Below, one piece after another: positions 23,269-37,608 of a stretch of DNA of 64,000 bases. The notes under the pieces were generated by a model, which worked only from the letters and a program-made list of their open reading frames with translations, was not told the origin of the DNA and did not search any database. The position numbers and the translations under genes were made by a program. This DNA comes from Octopus sinensis (lineage: Eukaryota). The stretch spans positions 4,216,001-4,280,000 of the forward strand of contig NC_042999.1 in NCBI RefSeq assembly GCF_006345805.1, in the 5' to 3' direction. Numbering within the stretch: the stretch's first letter is position 1; every line of letters starts with the position of its first letter.

Positions 23269-24344
23269 GGTGGTGGTGATGATGTTGATGATGATGATGA
23301 TGATGTACTTATTTTAGGGTTATTTACCAAATGCTGTTTGAATAATCCCATACAATACCTTTGAATTGAACGTAAATCTCTCTCCTCACTTTTTTTTTTT
23401 CAGTTTATATGTATCTACAACTATTATTTTGAGGGAGGTGAAAGGATTGCCTCTGATTGCCAATATCTGCCTTGTTTTCATGTTTAAAGAAAATAATTCC
23501 TCAAATAACCAGTCAAATTCTCAAATGTTGATACAAATTACTGGTAATTCAAATGCCATGTGGAATATTGATTTCTATTTCAAAGAAATTTCTGATTCTC
23601 CTATCTTTTACTGAGCTTAGTGTAGAATTTCGTTCTTAGTCATGAGTTATCCATAATGTTATCACAGGGTATATTTTCATCTACTTTAAGGTATTTATAG
23701 CCTGTCGTTGTTCAAAGAAGAAGTGATAAAAGCTCCATTAATAGCAAGGTTTTCAATCTGGCTTCTTGTCCATCCTCAGTGTGTTATTGTAAGATATGAC
23801 CAGTCGTTCTGGCCAAAGTTCAAATCAATGCCACAGGAATATTTCGGTCAGCTATGGTGCTGAACTTGCTCATAATTCACATGGATGTATGTGTTGGGAT
23901 TTACCGTCACTGTACTGAAGCTGATACTTAAACACATATTTTTATTATCATCTTATTAGTTATCTTCTTTTAACCTTTTACTGTTTGGAATCTTGTACAC
24001 AGGATATGTAGATATATGAGTGCATGTTACTGTGTGTGTGTGTGTAATATAATGTGTGTATGTTTTCTATCGATAGACAACAGAATTTGTTTCAGCAAAA
24101 ATTTGAAATGTAAATATATAGCTTATTAGGCACATATGTATAGACCTCTGCAAATATCTACAATTTTATTTTATAAATGATTATAGATATGTATTTTAAT
24201 TAAGATTATTTACATGGGTGGAGACACTGCTTAATTAATATTTAATATCTACAGAGACATGCGCTGATCTACTTGAAGATAAATAAACCATCCCCTCACT
24301 GACAATATTAAACAAAATAATTAAAATAAACTATTTCAAACTAC

Positions 24345-24665
24345 ATAGTTGAGGGTTCAGTCCCACTGCATGGCACCTTGGGCAAGTGTCTTCTGCTATA
24401 GTCTTAGGCTGACCAAAGCCCTGTGATTGGATTTGGTAGATGGAAACTGAAAGAAGCCCATGAAATATGTATGTGTTCGTGTTAGTCCCCCACCACCACT
24501 TGACAACTAGTGTTGGTGCTTTTATGCCCCTGTAACATAGTGGTTTGGCAAAAGAGACTGATAGAATAAGTACCAGGCATAAGAAAAATAAGTACTGGGT
24601 TCTTCAAGATGGTGTCCCAGCATAGCCACAGTCTAATGATTGAAACAAGTAAAAGATGAAAGAAA
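24345..24665 (+). mobile_element. Older CORE-type SINE
   Basis: GGTTCAGTCCCACTGCATGGCACCTTGGGCAAGTG...TGAAACAAGTAAAAGA. Confidence 0.8.
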
Positions 24666-25203
24666 GATTGAGAAATAAGTGTTCAGTAAGAATTAAAATC
24701 ACACTAATCTTCATATGACACTTTAAGAACTGAGAAAAGTATAGAAGTGATGAAAGGAACAAATTCCAAGTTGGCAGAATAATCAATAAGTTTATATTTC
24801 CATGGGATTTCTCTTAGGATAGAGCAGGATATTAAAATTTAATAGTTATACAATTTTCATTAAAAAAAAATATCTAACCTAATTTAAAGAATTAGTAATT
24901 TCCCTTGCTACTTTTCTGTCTCATCTAATTTTTGCTATTTTTATCATTGACATAAAGATCCAACAGAATTCAAAGGGTTAGTTTAATAAAACTTTAATAA
25001 CTTCAGACTCAGATAACTTCTCTGACCTTTTTTCACAATTTTACTTTCGCTTTTGTTGTTTTTTTTTTATTTGTTACCCTAGAGGATCCAGTTCCTGTTT
25101 ACCCAAATTATGTTGAATTTTGCAACAGAAACTCAGCATTAAACATGGATTCCATTTTCTAGTAGCAAATCCAGAACTTTACTTGCACAAGCATTTTTTA
25201 GAA

Positions 25204-25612
25204 ACCATTTTTGATACCAACACACCAGAGACTGCCCCTGATTCTATGAAACAAACTCTTGTTTTAAAGTGATTTAAATTAAAACTTTCCATGAAAATTT
25301 AATGTTAATTTATGTTCCAAACGCTAGCATAATAATGAGAAAGTAATTATACTAATTTTTTTCTTATTTTCAGAATTAATTAAAACAAAGATAGTGTATT
25401 TCAGCAGTAATATGGCAGTGAAAGGGTTAATCCTTTTGATACCAGTCCACATTTGATCACCCAAAGTGATCTAAATCCTTTCTGTCAAAAGATTCATGTT
25501 ATTTTGTTCCAAACACCTGGTTAATAACAACAAAGTTATTTTACTAAATTCTTCTTTATTTTCAATTTTAATTGAAACAAAAGCAGTTCATTTCCACAGA
25601 AATATGGTAACA
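25204..25612. mobile_element. Two head-to-tail piggyBac-like MITE copies joined at a TTAA (25427-25430)
   Basis: CCYTTTTGATACCA...AAAGGG|TTAA|TCCTTTTGATACCA; the two bodies are colinear. Confidence 0.7.
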
Positions 25613-25807
25613 ATTTTTTTTACTTTTACACAAATGAGAATGCTTTAGTTTGATCTCTCGTCTTACCAATATAGCTGCCAAATCTACCTCCATAAAGTTC
25701 TATATGATCGTTGATAATATAAACCAATATAAACCATTGTTATGGTTCAATTATGAGACAAACAAATTATCAAATGCTGTCTATTAATTCCATCTTTTGT
25801 CCCTTAC

Positions 25808-26036
25808 CTTTTACTTGATTCACTCATTAGATTGCAGCCATGACGTAGCACCACATTGAAGAATGCTTTTTAATTGAATGGATCAATCCCAGTACTTAAT
25901 TTTTGTCTTCTTTTCAAGCCTGGTACTTATTCTATCAGTCACCTTTGCTGGACTGCTAAGTTATGGGAATATAAACACACCAACACTGGTTGTCAAGTGG
26001 TTGAGTGGGGGATAAACACAGACACAGACACACACA

Positions 26037-26110
<74 letters not shown>

Positions 26111-26115
26111 ATATA

Positions 26116-26151
<36 letters not shown>

Positions 26152-26600
26152 ATATCATCATAGTCATCATCATTTAGCGCCCGCTTTCCATGCTAGCATG
26201 GGTTGGACGGTTCAACTGGGGTCTGTGAAGCCAGAAGGCTGCATCAGGCCCAGTCTGATCTGGCAGTGTTTCTACGGCTGGATGCCCTTCCTAACGCCAC
26301 CCACTCTGTGAGTGTAGTGGGTGCTTTTTACATGCTACCCGCACAGGTGCCAGACGGAGCTGGCAAACGGCCACGGACGGATGGTGCTTTTTACGTGCCA
26401 CCGGCACAGGGGCCAGGCGAGGCTGGCAATGGCCACAAACGGATGGTGCTTTTACGTGCCACCGGCACGGGGGCCAGGTGAGGCTGGCAACGGCCACGAA
26501 CGGATGGTGCTTGTTTCAGTTTCAATCAGCTAAATCTGCTCAAAAGGTTTTGGTCAGCCTGAGGTTATAGTAAAAGACACTTGCCCAAGGTGCCACACCT
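25808..26600 (-). mobile_element. Old CORE-type SINE with nested young RTE 3' UTR (26157-26512)
   Basis: SINE tail at 25808-26030, head resumes at 26513-26598 (GACACTTGCCCAAGGTGCCAC). Confidence 0.75.
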
Positions 26601-26984
26601 GCCGATTCCTTTATTATTGCATAAATCTATAATAAAAATATCAGGTTAAAATAATTTCAATTTTTTCGCATAAACACAGAAAAAACATTGATGTTTCCTC
26701 AACAATGCATTCAATAATGGAGATGAGTGGAGTCAGTTGCCAGGGATATTCATTCATAGGGTTCAATCCCTAAATTTCTTGTTCTTGAATCAGCAATGAA
26801 TACTTGTATTATGTGTGTCAGGTGTAGAACAGACGAAAGGGTTTGTCAAGTGACAGTATTTCAAGAGAACTAAAGAGCTGCTGCAGAAACTGACATGTGG
26901 ATCATCATCACCACCACTACCATCATCATCATCATCATCATTATCATCATCACTGCTGGCATTGCCTCTACCACCATCACCATT

Positions 26985-27350
26985 TTATCATCCACTTTTC
27001 CATGCTTGCATCATGGATCAGACAGAATTCCTTGAGGTAGATTTTCTACAGTTGGATGCCCTTCCTGTTGCCTACCCTCACTTGTTTCCTAACAATGCAA
27101 TTCTTGCTCATGACTAGACATGTTTTCATGGAAGATTGACAACAAATAACACCACTTGTATGAAGGTGGAACTTGTTTACAGCTCTCGTGCGATGTCAAG
27201 TTGGGAGATACAAACACACATATATGAAGGGCTTTTTTCAGTTTCTGTCTACCAAATATACTCATTAGGATTTGATTGCCTCAGGAGTGAGACTGAACCT
27301 GAAACCATGAAGTTTGAAGTCAAACTTCTCACCCATACTGCTATGCCTAC
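26985..27350 (-). mobile_element. Old CORE-type SINE with RTE-like tail
   Basis: CCACTTTTCCATGCTTGCAT..GGATGCCCTTCCTGTTGCC..GACTGAACCTGAAACCATG. Confidence 0.7.
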
Positions 27351-28371
27351 ACTTGTAGATAGAATGGAATAATTTGAACAAGTTTAATGTGCTTTTCTTA
27401 GAATGATTTCTGCAAACGAATTTACCTTGTTAAAATAGCTTTTCCTCTTCTAATATTTTCATTAAATTCCACTGCTAATAGTCTCTTCTATCATGACTTT
27501 ACTACTTTTGAAATAACAAGCAGAAAAATAAAAATTTCTCATGTTAATTATCGTCCTAAAATGTTTTCACTTAAACTGAGTGCAAGGAAATATCTGTAGA
27601 TGCCTTTGATCTTCATTTCATTGAAATATTCATCTATTGAGAAAACTTTCAAGATATACAGGTTTCCAATAATAATAATTATAATAATAATATTGTATTC
27701 AAACTGCAATGTATACTAAAATGTATTTCAGAAACTTTGTCACTGTCAAGTAAGGCTTTTAAGTTCAAACTAAACGATGTTTAAAATCTAAAATAATTAA
27801 CTTCACTTTTTATCTAGGCACAATTTGAATATATCGATAGCAACATTTGGCAGTTTATGGGCTTTTTTATAGATCAAAACAGCAGCTACATACAACTGCT
27901 AAGGACACTAAGGTGGAATTTTTTTTTTTTTAATTAAATAAAGTATAAAGATTCTTTTTATTCGTTTCACTTGTGTGAAAAATTAGTAAAATGGATTATT
28001 CTCTCCCTTGCCTTAAACAACCAATCAACTGCAACCTTATATTGCTATAAAAAAAATCCTAACTGAACAATTGTGCATCTCTAAGCTGCATGATTGCAAA
28101 CACACATGTCCAAACATGTATGTAACATGTTGGATGTCCAAACATGTATGTAACAGAACATGTAGTAAATACATTATTAGAAATGGCTAGAACTAAATGT
28201 CTTCATCAAACTGATGATACCTGTGATATAACTGCACTCAGAATTTACAAGGCCAAAGACTGTATTATTTATATACTAGGGGGCAAAAATTGGATTGTTC
28301 TGAATAATATTTTCACACATATATATGTGAATATTACTTAAATGCTTATATATATATATCATCATATATAT

Positions 28372-28424
<53 letters not shown>

Positions 28425-28441
28425 AAAAAGAAGTCAAGATA

Positions 28442-28849
28442 GGCGCAGGAGTGGCTGTGTGGTAAGTAGCTTGCTTACCAACCACATGGTTCCTGGTTCA
28501 GTCCCACTGCATGGCATCTTGGGCAAGTGTCTTCAGCTATAGCCCTGGGCCGACCAATGCCTTGTGAGTGGGTTTGGTAGACGGAAACTGAAAGAAGCCT
28601 CTCATATATATGTATATATATATGTGTGTGTATGTTTGTGTGTCTGCGTTTGTCCCTCTAGCATTGCTTGACAAACGATGCTGGTGTGTTTACATCCCCG
28701 TCACTTAGAGGTTCAGCAAAAAGAGACCGATATAATAAGTACTGGGCTTACAAAGAATAAGTCCTGGGTCGATTTGCTCGACTAAAGGTGGTGCTCCAGC
28801 ATGGCCGCAGTCAAATGACTGAAACAAGTAAAAGAGAGAAAAGAGAGTA
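28442..28849 (+). mobile_element. Full-length young CORE-type SINE
   Basis: Colinear with 20374-20764. Confidence 0.9.
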
Positions 28850-29549
28850 ATAGAAAATGCTAAATTTTTTTAAAAACATTTCAGTACCGCTAAATATTTT
28901 AGCATTTTCTATCTTGACTTTTTATTCCATATGTATCAACTCGTGTGTTCCTTTTCATCCTTATACACACACACACACACATATATATATATAACCATCA
29001 TTTAACATCCCCTTTAGCATGCTGCCATATGTTGAATGGTTCAGTCTGAACAGATAAGTCTGAGGCCTGTGCCAAGTTCTAATGTCCACTTTGGCATAGT
29101 TTCTTCAGCTGCAGGGTCTCCCTAATGCTAATCTCTTTACATAGTTTACTTGATGCACCAGCCTGGTGTGTTCACCAAGTACCTTCAAAACAACCACACA
29201 ACTGTGTGAGGCATAAAATTGTGGGATAGGAAACTGCGATAGAGGAACAAGAGCAGGTAAGCAACTTGCTGAAATGACAGGTGTGTATGTTTTAATGTGT
29301 GTGAGTGTTAATTTTGCAAGTTTACCTTGTCACCACCTGACTAAAACAGTACTGTGATGTTTGCATTCCTTAGTGATATCACAGTTGGTTGCGCAAGGCT
29401 CTGAAAGATGTAGAATAGAAAACAAACCCTTAACATTAACCAGACCTCAGAGTTGGCCACAGGGAAATCTTGCCTTGAATAGATTCCTATCCAACCCTTG
29501 TTTCAATAGAAAAGCAAATGTTAAATGATCAAGCAAATGAATATATAAA

Positions 29550-29978
29550 TGCAGCACCCTGGGCAAATTTTTTCTACTTGTGTGAACTTGCTTTGTGAGT
29601 GGATTTGGTAGAGAGAAACTAAGTGAATCCCATCATATGTGTATGTGTCCTTGTCTAGACATCAAGTAATGGTTGTAAACAAACATCATTTTCTTACAAG
29701 CAATGTCACCCATTTGCATCTGATTTGTATCTGACTCATACATTGTTCGCTTTCCAGGCATTTTTACATTACTGCATGTACTTTATATGCACTTTCTGAC
29801 AAGTTGTGGTGCACCTGAGCACTGTATACAATAATTTCATTATTATTATTATTATGTAATCTTATTTGGAAAGAGGTGACAGTTAGCAACAGGAAGGGTA
29901 CCTTTCTGAAGAAAATCTACCTCAGTGAATTCTGTCTCTCCCATGCAAGGAAGAAAAAGTGATTGTTAAAACAATGAA
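29550..29978 (+). mobile_element. Old CORE-type SINE with RTE-like tail; contains an (ATT)n-tailed retroelement 3' end (~29741-29855)
   Basis: GTGAGTGGATTTGGTAGA body and CCATGCAAG tail; insert ends GCACCTGAGCACTGTATACAATAATTTC(ATT)n. Confidence 0.6.
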
Positions 29979-30149
29979 GGTTATACATAGGATTGCGTGT
30001 GTGTGTGTGTGTGCGTGTGTGTGTGGAAGAAAAATACGTGAATTTATTACATCCAGCCTTGGAAAATATTCTGTTGTAGAGTGACATGTAGTAACCAATA
30101 ACATTATGCACATTATTACCAAGATTATACCACACAGCACACACACACA

Positions 30150-30181
<32 letters not shown>

Positions 30182-31053
30182 TACACACACCACACATGCA
30201 CAAACACACACACATTAAACACTACACACTCATGCACCAAGGCACAAATGCATATGTGTGTGTATTCCATTGATGGCAGACTAATCTGTCATCTGGTTTA
30301 GCACAACTCTCTTTTCCTTTGGTGTCATTACTCTTTATCAGAGGAATCCACTCTGTTTGAACCGTAATTAACTCAGATCTCTGGTTAGGAAAGATAACAT
30401 GATATTCTGGTGCACTGCTTTCTACTACAGCAGCCCATGACTCTTTGATTGTCTTTTCTTTTCTTCTGCAACACTTTCAGTGGTTTCTGCATGCAGACAC
30501 AAGCTTTGTCCCTTTCTCTGAAGCCGTAAAGTATATATAAAAAAGAATTAAGTTGTTAAGTGGTTGGGTACATAGTTTCAGGTCTACATAAACTGGAGCA
30601 GACTGCAGCCAGCTTCAGAAATATATCTATAATCTCTGCTCATCATTCGTTATTCTACAGATCTTCCAACACTTTTAGACTGTGTCTGCAATATGTTCAG
30701 AGTTTTGTTGCATTGTTAAACTTCTATATTGATTTATTCCTCAAACATGCATTATCAAACTATAGTCATATGTATGTACTTGTGTAGATATTATATTCTG
30801 GTACAGATTCCAACCTCTGGGCTGTGGTAGCCATACAGAGGCACTGGTATTAAGTCATACAAGTTTTTATGTATAGTAAATTGCGTATGTGTATGTGTGT
30901 GTGTTATTATTTATGGAAAGGTGGAGAGAGAGAGTGAATGAGTAAGAGAGAGTCAAAGCACAAGCATTGCTAGTTGACTAATTTCTCTTTAATACGTCTG
31001 CATATTTATGAAAATTTTCTGTTAAACATTTATACAGAAATCTAAGATCAATA

Positions 31054-31130
<77 letters not shown>

Positions 31131-32835
31131 TATTACGTATATACATATGCACACACACCTATATTTTGTAGAATATATACATAAGAGAGTATGTCTGTTT
31201 GTGTGTTGTGGGAGAGAGACAGATATAGTGATTGAGAGAAAGAGAGGGATGGCAAGTTTTGTACATTGTATGTGTTCTGATGTCTAAGAGATTTAAGATA
31301 TTTAGGATGAGTCTTTAGAATCCATAAATCAGTAAATCCAGCTCAATGATGGAGAACTAAATTATCTCTCAGAGAACTACTCCATCTGTTCTGAATTCTT
31401 CAATATTAAATAAACAGAGAACTTATTTTGATTAAAAAAGAAATCCCACTTCAGATGCCTTTCTTGATTGCAAGACTTTGGAATTTGGTAAAAGAGATTT
31501 GAATTCATTATTTTCAGGCTTAATTTCTAATAATTGAAACTAGACAATTTGGTATTAAGACTAGCAAGTAAGACTCAAGTATTTTAACCTTTTATTTAAC
31601 TTTTATCTTGAATAAGCTTTCAAGCACAAGAAGCCTTTTTTTCCAGCCTTTTTTTGTTAGATCTACATTTGATTAGGGTATTTATTGTTAACTGTAAATG
31701 CTAATAAAAACACAAATGTGTTACTATAACCAAGATTTATCCAACCTTTCTGTAATACTGATATTAGCAAGGTGGTATACAAGGATTTGAGTTTTATATT
31801 AATGTTACTTCATGCAATATCGATTACCCCTGCCTTCTTTCCTATCCACACACACTCTCACACATCTAGTTTGCTGTTAAAATTCCTATCAGCTTCTAAT
31901 TGCTTTTTTTTCTTCTTGTTGTTGTTTGCATGATGCATCATTCTTCCCTGGAATGAGAAAAATACTGTGCTTAGGAACTCGTTGTAGTGCATACCAATCA
32001 CCATAAAGTAGAGACAAGTTCCTGGCATGCTGAGTGAATGAGCTGGATTTCATTCCAAGTTGAAACCATTTCTTTTACTTTTCTGTCACTAAAAAAGCCC
32101 TTGGAAGATATTTCTCCCATCACAAATGTTAATGCAAAGTCAGATTTGGTTGTTGTTGTAGTTCTTGTTCTTATTCTTGTTCTTATAATATCCTCCCTTC
32201 TGCTCATCCTTGTAAATGTGTAAGCCATAAATAAATGCCAGAAGGCAGAAGATACAGTATAACTGATAATAATTGTTGCATTAACTCATAGTGCTGAATT
32301 CAAATCTTCTAATAAATAAACACAAAATAATTGTGAACAAGTATTGGAGGGGTGGTGCACTGATAATGTCGCTAGTATAAGTACAGAGAAGTTATAACAG
32401 ATCAACAGTGATCTTTCTAACACAAGGAAGATATATTCCTTTTATGGAATTACTTTCCTTTTATGGTATTACTTTTCCTTTTTAGAATTACATTCTATGC
32501 AATGTTCTGCATTTATATTTTATAAATTTATTGACTTTTCATAGATTCTTAAATTTTGACATGGTTATTGATCATTAGTATAACTATCACTATCGTCTCT
32601 GCTTTCCTATTTTGGCAACAATCCGCTTGGCTACATTTTACATTGTTTCAAAATCACATACTACTAGAAGACTACATATTTGATGGTATTGGTGGTGGTG
32701 GTGAGGATGGCATTTGTTAAAATGCATCACTGACCTGTTTCAACCTCTACATTTTCATGAGATTACTTGCTGATATATGATGAAAATGTTATTTTCATTG
32801 AATAATCTTTAATTTCTCATTTATATTTATTTACA

Positions 32836-33350
32836 TAGGCACATGCATAGTTGTGTACTTGAGAAGTTTACTTTGCAACTGCATGGGTTTTTTTGGTTCA
32901 GATCTTCTGCATGAACTTTGGGCAAGAGTCCTGCTCTAATAATGCTTTGTGTATGAATTTGGTAGAAGAAAACTTGGTGGGATTCCATGTGGCAAAATAC
33001 AGAGATTATGGTTCTGAAAAAAGATTTTTTTTCAAAATTTCAATTTTTAATGAAAATATTCCCTCCCATTCCCCAAAGGGTTGGTGGGGAGTGTATTCTA
33101 CATCTCCACCTTCCATGCTGGAAGCTGTGTATATATTTATATTGTATATATTTTTATTTGTGTGCATGAGTACCCATTTGTGTTTCTCCACCACCCACCA
33201 CTTAACAACTGGCATTTATGCCCCTGTAACTTAGCAACTCTGCAAAAAGGGAAAGGTAGAATAAGTCCTAGACTGAAAATAAGTACAGGGGTTGTTTATT
33301 TCACTAAACCCTTCAAGACAGTACCCCCAGTATGGCTACAGTCCAGTGAG
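32836..33350 (+). mobile_element. Old CORE-type SINE with internal insertion
   Basis: Degenerate head TTTGGGCAAGAG and tail GCCCCTGTAACTTAGC..AGAATAAGT. Confidence 0.55.
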
Positions 33351-33553
33351 TGTACACTTTTGCATTAAACAAATGTAATACTTATTACTATTTTAGGAGA
33401 TTGTACAAAGTAGTGAGCAGGCAGAGCTGTTAGCACACTGGCCAAAATTCTTAGTGGCATTTCATCAGTCTTTACATTCCTGTGTTCAGATTTTGCCTTG
33501 GTCAACTTCACCTTTCATCCTTTTTGGGTCAATAAAATAAGCACCTGTCAAGT

Positions 33554-33757
33554 TGGTGTTTCTCAACCGTTTTACACTTGTGTAACCCTGAAAATAAGTT
33601 ACATGTCTCAAGGAACCCTTGCACAAAATATTATGTACCATATCTTATATTTTTCATCTTAGTTCACATGGTAAATATTATATATATATATCAACCCATG
33701 CTAGCATGGAAAACAGATGTTAAACGATGATGATGATGATGATGATATATGTATATT

Positions 33758-33792
<35 letters not shown>

Positions 33793-34002
33793 TTGTTATA
33801 TTTTTTTTTGATAACGTAATAGGTTAGATAGGATGATGTCTATATTACAATATTACAATAACCAATAATATGTTGTGCATGTATAGTAATTAATATTAAG
33901 ATCATGAAATTAACATTAGCCTATCTCACTCTTTCTCGCGGAACCCCTAGGAATCTTTTGCAGAACCCTAGGGTTCCAGGGAACCCCAGTTGAGAAATGC
34001 CA
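33554..34002. mobile_element. hAT-type MITE nested in an old Meta-type SINE (33410-34085)
   Basis: TIRs TGGTGTTTCTCAAC / GTTGAGAAATGCCA (12/14), 8-bp TSD TGTCAAGT/TGTCATGT; contains a short RTE tail and (TA)n. Confidence 0.8.
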
Positions 34003-35296
34003 TGTCATGTACTGGAGTTGATGTATCAACTTCCCCGTCTACTCAAAAACTGCTGGCCTAGCACTAAAATTTGAAAGAATTATTTTAGAGCAGTGTGTTG
34101 GCAAAATCCAGAGAGCAACAAACAAAACATCTTGCCGTATTCAGTTAATATACCTTTATATCATGAGTTCAAATCCTGCCCAAGTTAGTTTTTGCCTTTC
34201 TTTGCTATGAAGTCAGTGAAGGTAAATCTAATCATCTGTTCACATCTCATCAAATGTGTGGCTTTGTATCTAAATAACAAGCCAGAATTAGTTTCTTTTT
34301 TCCTTTTCGTTTATTTGTCTCAGCTCTATTTATTTTTCTCCATTAGTGTCTCCCTGAAGCTCTATAGCCAACGCATTTTATAACAAAACATCTTTTTGAC
34401 AAGCAGAGGTGGCAGCATAAACATAATCTCTACAAAATAAGCTCTTTGCTTTTTTTCCTTATTTTGTTCATGTTTTTTACAATATATATTTTTCAGCTGG
34501 TGTACAACTGAATTTGATCATTCATGCAGAACTAACGATTCCAAACAGTAATCTAATTATCATGCGGAAAAAATGTATGCTTAAAGAATATTAAGTTATT
34601 TTTCTTTCAAACATTCTTACAGTGTAACTTATTTGATGCAACAACAACAAAGTATTATAATCTTTGTACAAAACAAATGGACAAAGAATGACAAAAAATT
34701 CCATTCTAGTTTAAAACAATCTTAGTCTTAATCTGCTTTCAAAATTGTTTTGAGTAAACCTTGCTGAAATGTCTCAGTATTACTTTAAAATGTATTTTTG
34801 AAATTAAAGAACCTTAGTGACATTTTAGAAGCATATAACTTTTTTTTTTTAAAGAATAGTATCAGCATTAACAGTGGTATAATTCTTTTTGCTTTCTCTT
34901 TTCCTTTTCAGTTGATGATGTTGAATTTAATTCAAATATAGCTCCATACATACCTGTGTGTGTTTGTATGTGAATGTGTGTGTGTGTGTGTGTGTGTATG
35001 CATGTATGTATGTAACTGTATGTATATGTGTGTGTGTATGAATGCACATTTGTAAATGTATATATATGAATGTATACACACATGTATGTGTGTGTGTGTG
35101 AATGTATGTGAATGTGAATGTGTATGTGTGTGTGTTTGTGTACATCAATTTAATTCTACAAGCTTGAATAAAATTGTTTCTTATGAACATGCAAAAAGGT
35201 GAACTTGTTTGAAAATTTTCTTAAAAAGCAATTATATCCTTCAAACACATTCATCATCTTGACAGATGTTCAAAAGATGGTTCAGTCTTTTTTTTA

Positions 35297-35328
<32 letters not shown>

Positions 35329-36424
35329 CTTTTCAATCTAACTTTTCTTCTGCATCAAATATACACAAATTCGTACCTTTTGTTTTGTTGTTGGTTACAA
35401 ATATGTGTACATGTTTATGTATAATTCTTTATATATATATGTCTGTGTGTCAATGAGTGCATATGCAGACATACTTTCATATTCACAATGCAATAAATTC
35501 TCAGTTGCATATATATATATATACATATATATATAGTGAAAAGGTTCAATGGAAATATTTTCCTCCGTATGCTGAATCGTTATGAAAAATGTAAAAAGAA
35601 ACGAAATTACCAGAAATTTTATGTTGGACAAAATATATATAAACGTTCTTATGAAATACGATATTTATATAAGTCAACCAGTTTTGCTTGTGCTAATCAT
35701 GACTAAGAAGTTATTGATAATGCTGCAGTTTCATGCTATTATAAGAAGTTTTCATTCCATGTTAGTAGGGGGAAGGATAGTTTGTAAAAATATACATACA
35801 TATACACAGACATATAAACATTCATACATACGTATATATTTATATATATAAGCCCTAAATCATGGCACATCCTGGAGATAAAACTGAGATATTCTGGAAA
35901 TGTTGATGGTAAAGATGAGCTTGCAAACTTTATTGTTTCAAAACGAACTGTAAGAGTCTGATACACAGATACAAGAAAATGTTAATAAAAAAGATCAAGT
36001 TAGAATATAGTTCTATCTTTCATGCAACATGTTTGGAAGAAAACCTGTTCCTCATTTATACAAATACATACTTTTATATATGTATGTATGTGTGTGTGTG
36101 TCTGTGTGTATGTTTGTGTGTGTGTGCATGCGTGTATATATTTATTATTGTTGTAACAGTAGCTAAATGTAACATACTTACACATAACTTTTTAAGTGTT
36201 TGTGTATCTTCACCTGCAAGTAATGTGTGCATATGTGTGTGCAGTGTGTGTGAATATGTATGTTTTGCATGTACGTGTGTGTGTGTATGTTTGTGTATGT
36301 GATTAAGGTATGTTTATACTCATTTTAACAATATGTAATAAATATGATTTATTACATATATGTATACACAATCAAACACATTCCGTGTGTCAGATGCTTT
36401 TTCAGACATACATATATGTGTGTG

Positions 36425-36474
36425 TGTAAGTTTCCTAAATTCCTTGGTTTGGAAATGTATACGTCCATGGAATT

Positions 36475-36515
<41 letters not shown>

Positions 36516-36568
36516 CTAAATTCCATGGATGTATACATTTCTAAATCAAGGAATTTAAGAAACTCACA
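36425..36568. repeat. Inverted repeat, 56-bp arms around (AT)16
   Basis: Arms 36425-36480 and 36513-36568, 50/56 complementary. Confidence 0.9.
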
Positions 36569-37336
36569 ATGCAAAATGCTGATTCTCTCAGTACTTTTCT
36601 CTATGTGCACATGCTTCTCTGAGTATATGTCTTTGTGCATCCATATATGTGAGTGTTCATATGCACATGTGTGTATGTGTGTATATTAGCTTTGGCAAAG
36701 TAAATCAATGATGAGGATAAGACCAAAATGTTAGTTTCTGCTTAAATTCTTCAATAACTAACTTCTACTCTGCTACACACACAAATACATGTGCAGTGGG
36801 TGGTGGTGGTGGGAAATGAGATGACATTGTGTGCACATGTGTGTTATGATAACTTTAAGAAGAAAAACCAAACACTAATTTGTTTAACCATTTAATTGGT
36901 TGACTGCTTTAGAAAAGGTTAATGCCTAATCTGTATAAGTTTGGGGTAAATTCAGTGTAAAAAAAAATTAACCTAGTTTAAAATTTTACAGTAAGACAAT
37001 ATATTGTTGTTTTTATGATCAGAATTCTTGTGTCCCAGAGTTTAATTTGAGTCTGGAAAAAGTTTTGACTTTCAAGAAGCTTCTACTTTTCCAAATTATT
37101 TCTATGGTTATTATTCTATTCATTTATTTAGCTCGATGTTAATTCTGGTAAATGTAATCCTGGTTTATGCTTATTTTGGCATTTTGGTTTACTCCTCTGT
37201 GAAGAGGAAGGAATTGATGTATTAAAAGAAGCTCAGTAAATCATTAACAATGAGAAGTTTTAGTTTCCTGATCAAAAGTTCTAAAATACTTTCAAATCAA
37301 AGAAGAGAAAGCAAAGTTCCATTGCACAGATGCATT

Positions 37337-37397
37337 TACACACACATGCATACACACGTGTGTATGTGTGGTGTGTGTTGTAGGATATATATATATA

Positions 37398-37428
<31 letters not shown>

Positions 37429-37561
37429 ATATACATGTATGTAAATGTGTGTGTATGTATATATGTGTATGCATATGTATGTATATATATATGTATATGT
37501 ATATATATGTATGTATATATATGTATATGCATGTATATAAATATATATATATGTATATATT

Positions 37562-37608
<47 letters not shown>

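Noticed and set aside
26203-26533. Recurrent ORF MDGSTGVCEARRLHQAQSDL (also 46690, 56838)
   Set aside because: Antisense reading of the RTE 3' UTR
28107-28157. Short duplication TGTCCAAACATGTATGTAACA
   Set aside because: Ordinary local slippage duplication with no further structure
31998-32228. 76-aa ORF as a real gene
   Set aside because: Partly low-complexity, with no recognisable domain or convincing splice sites
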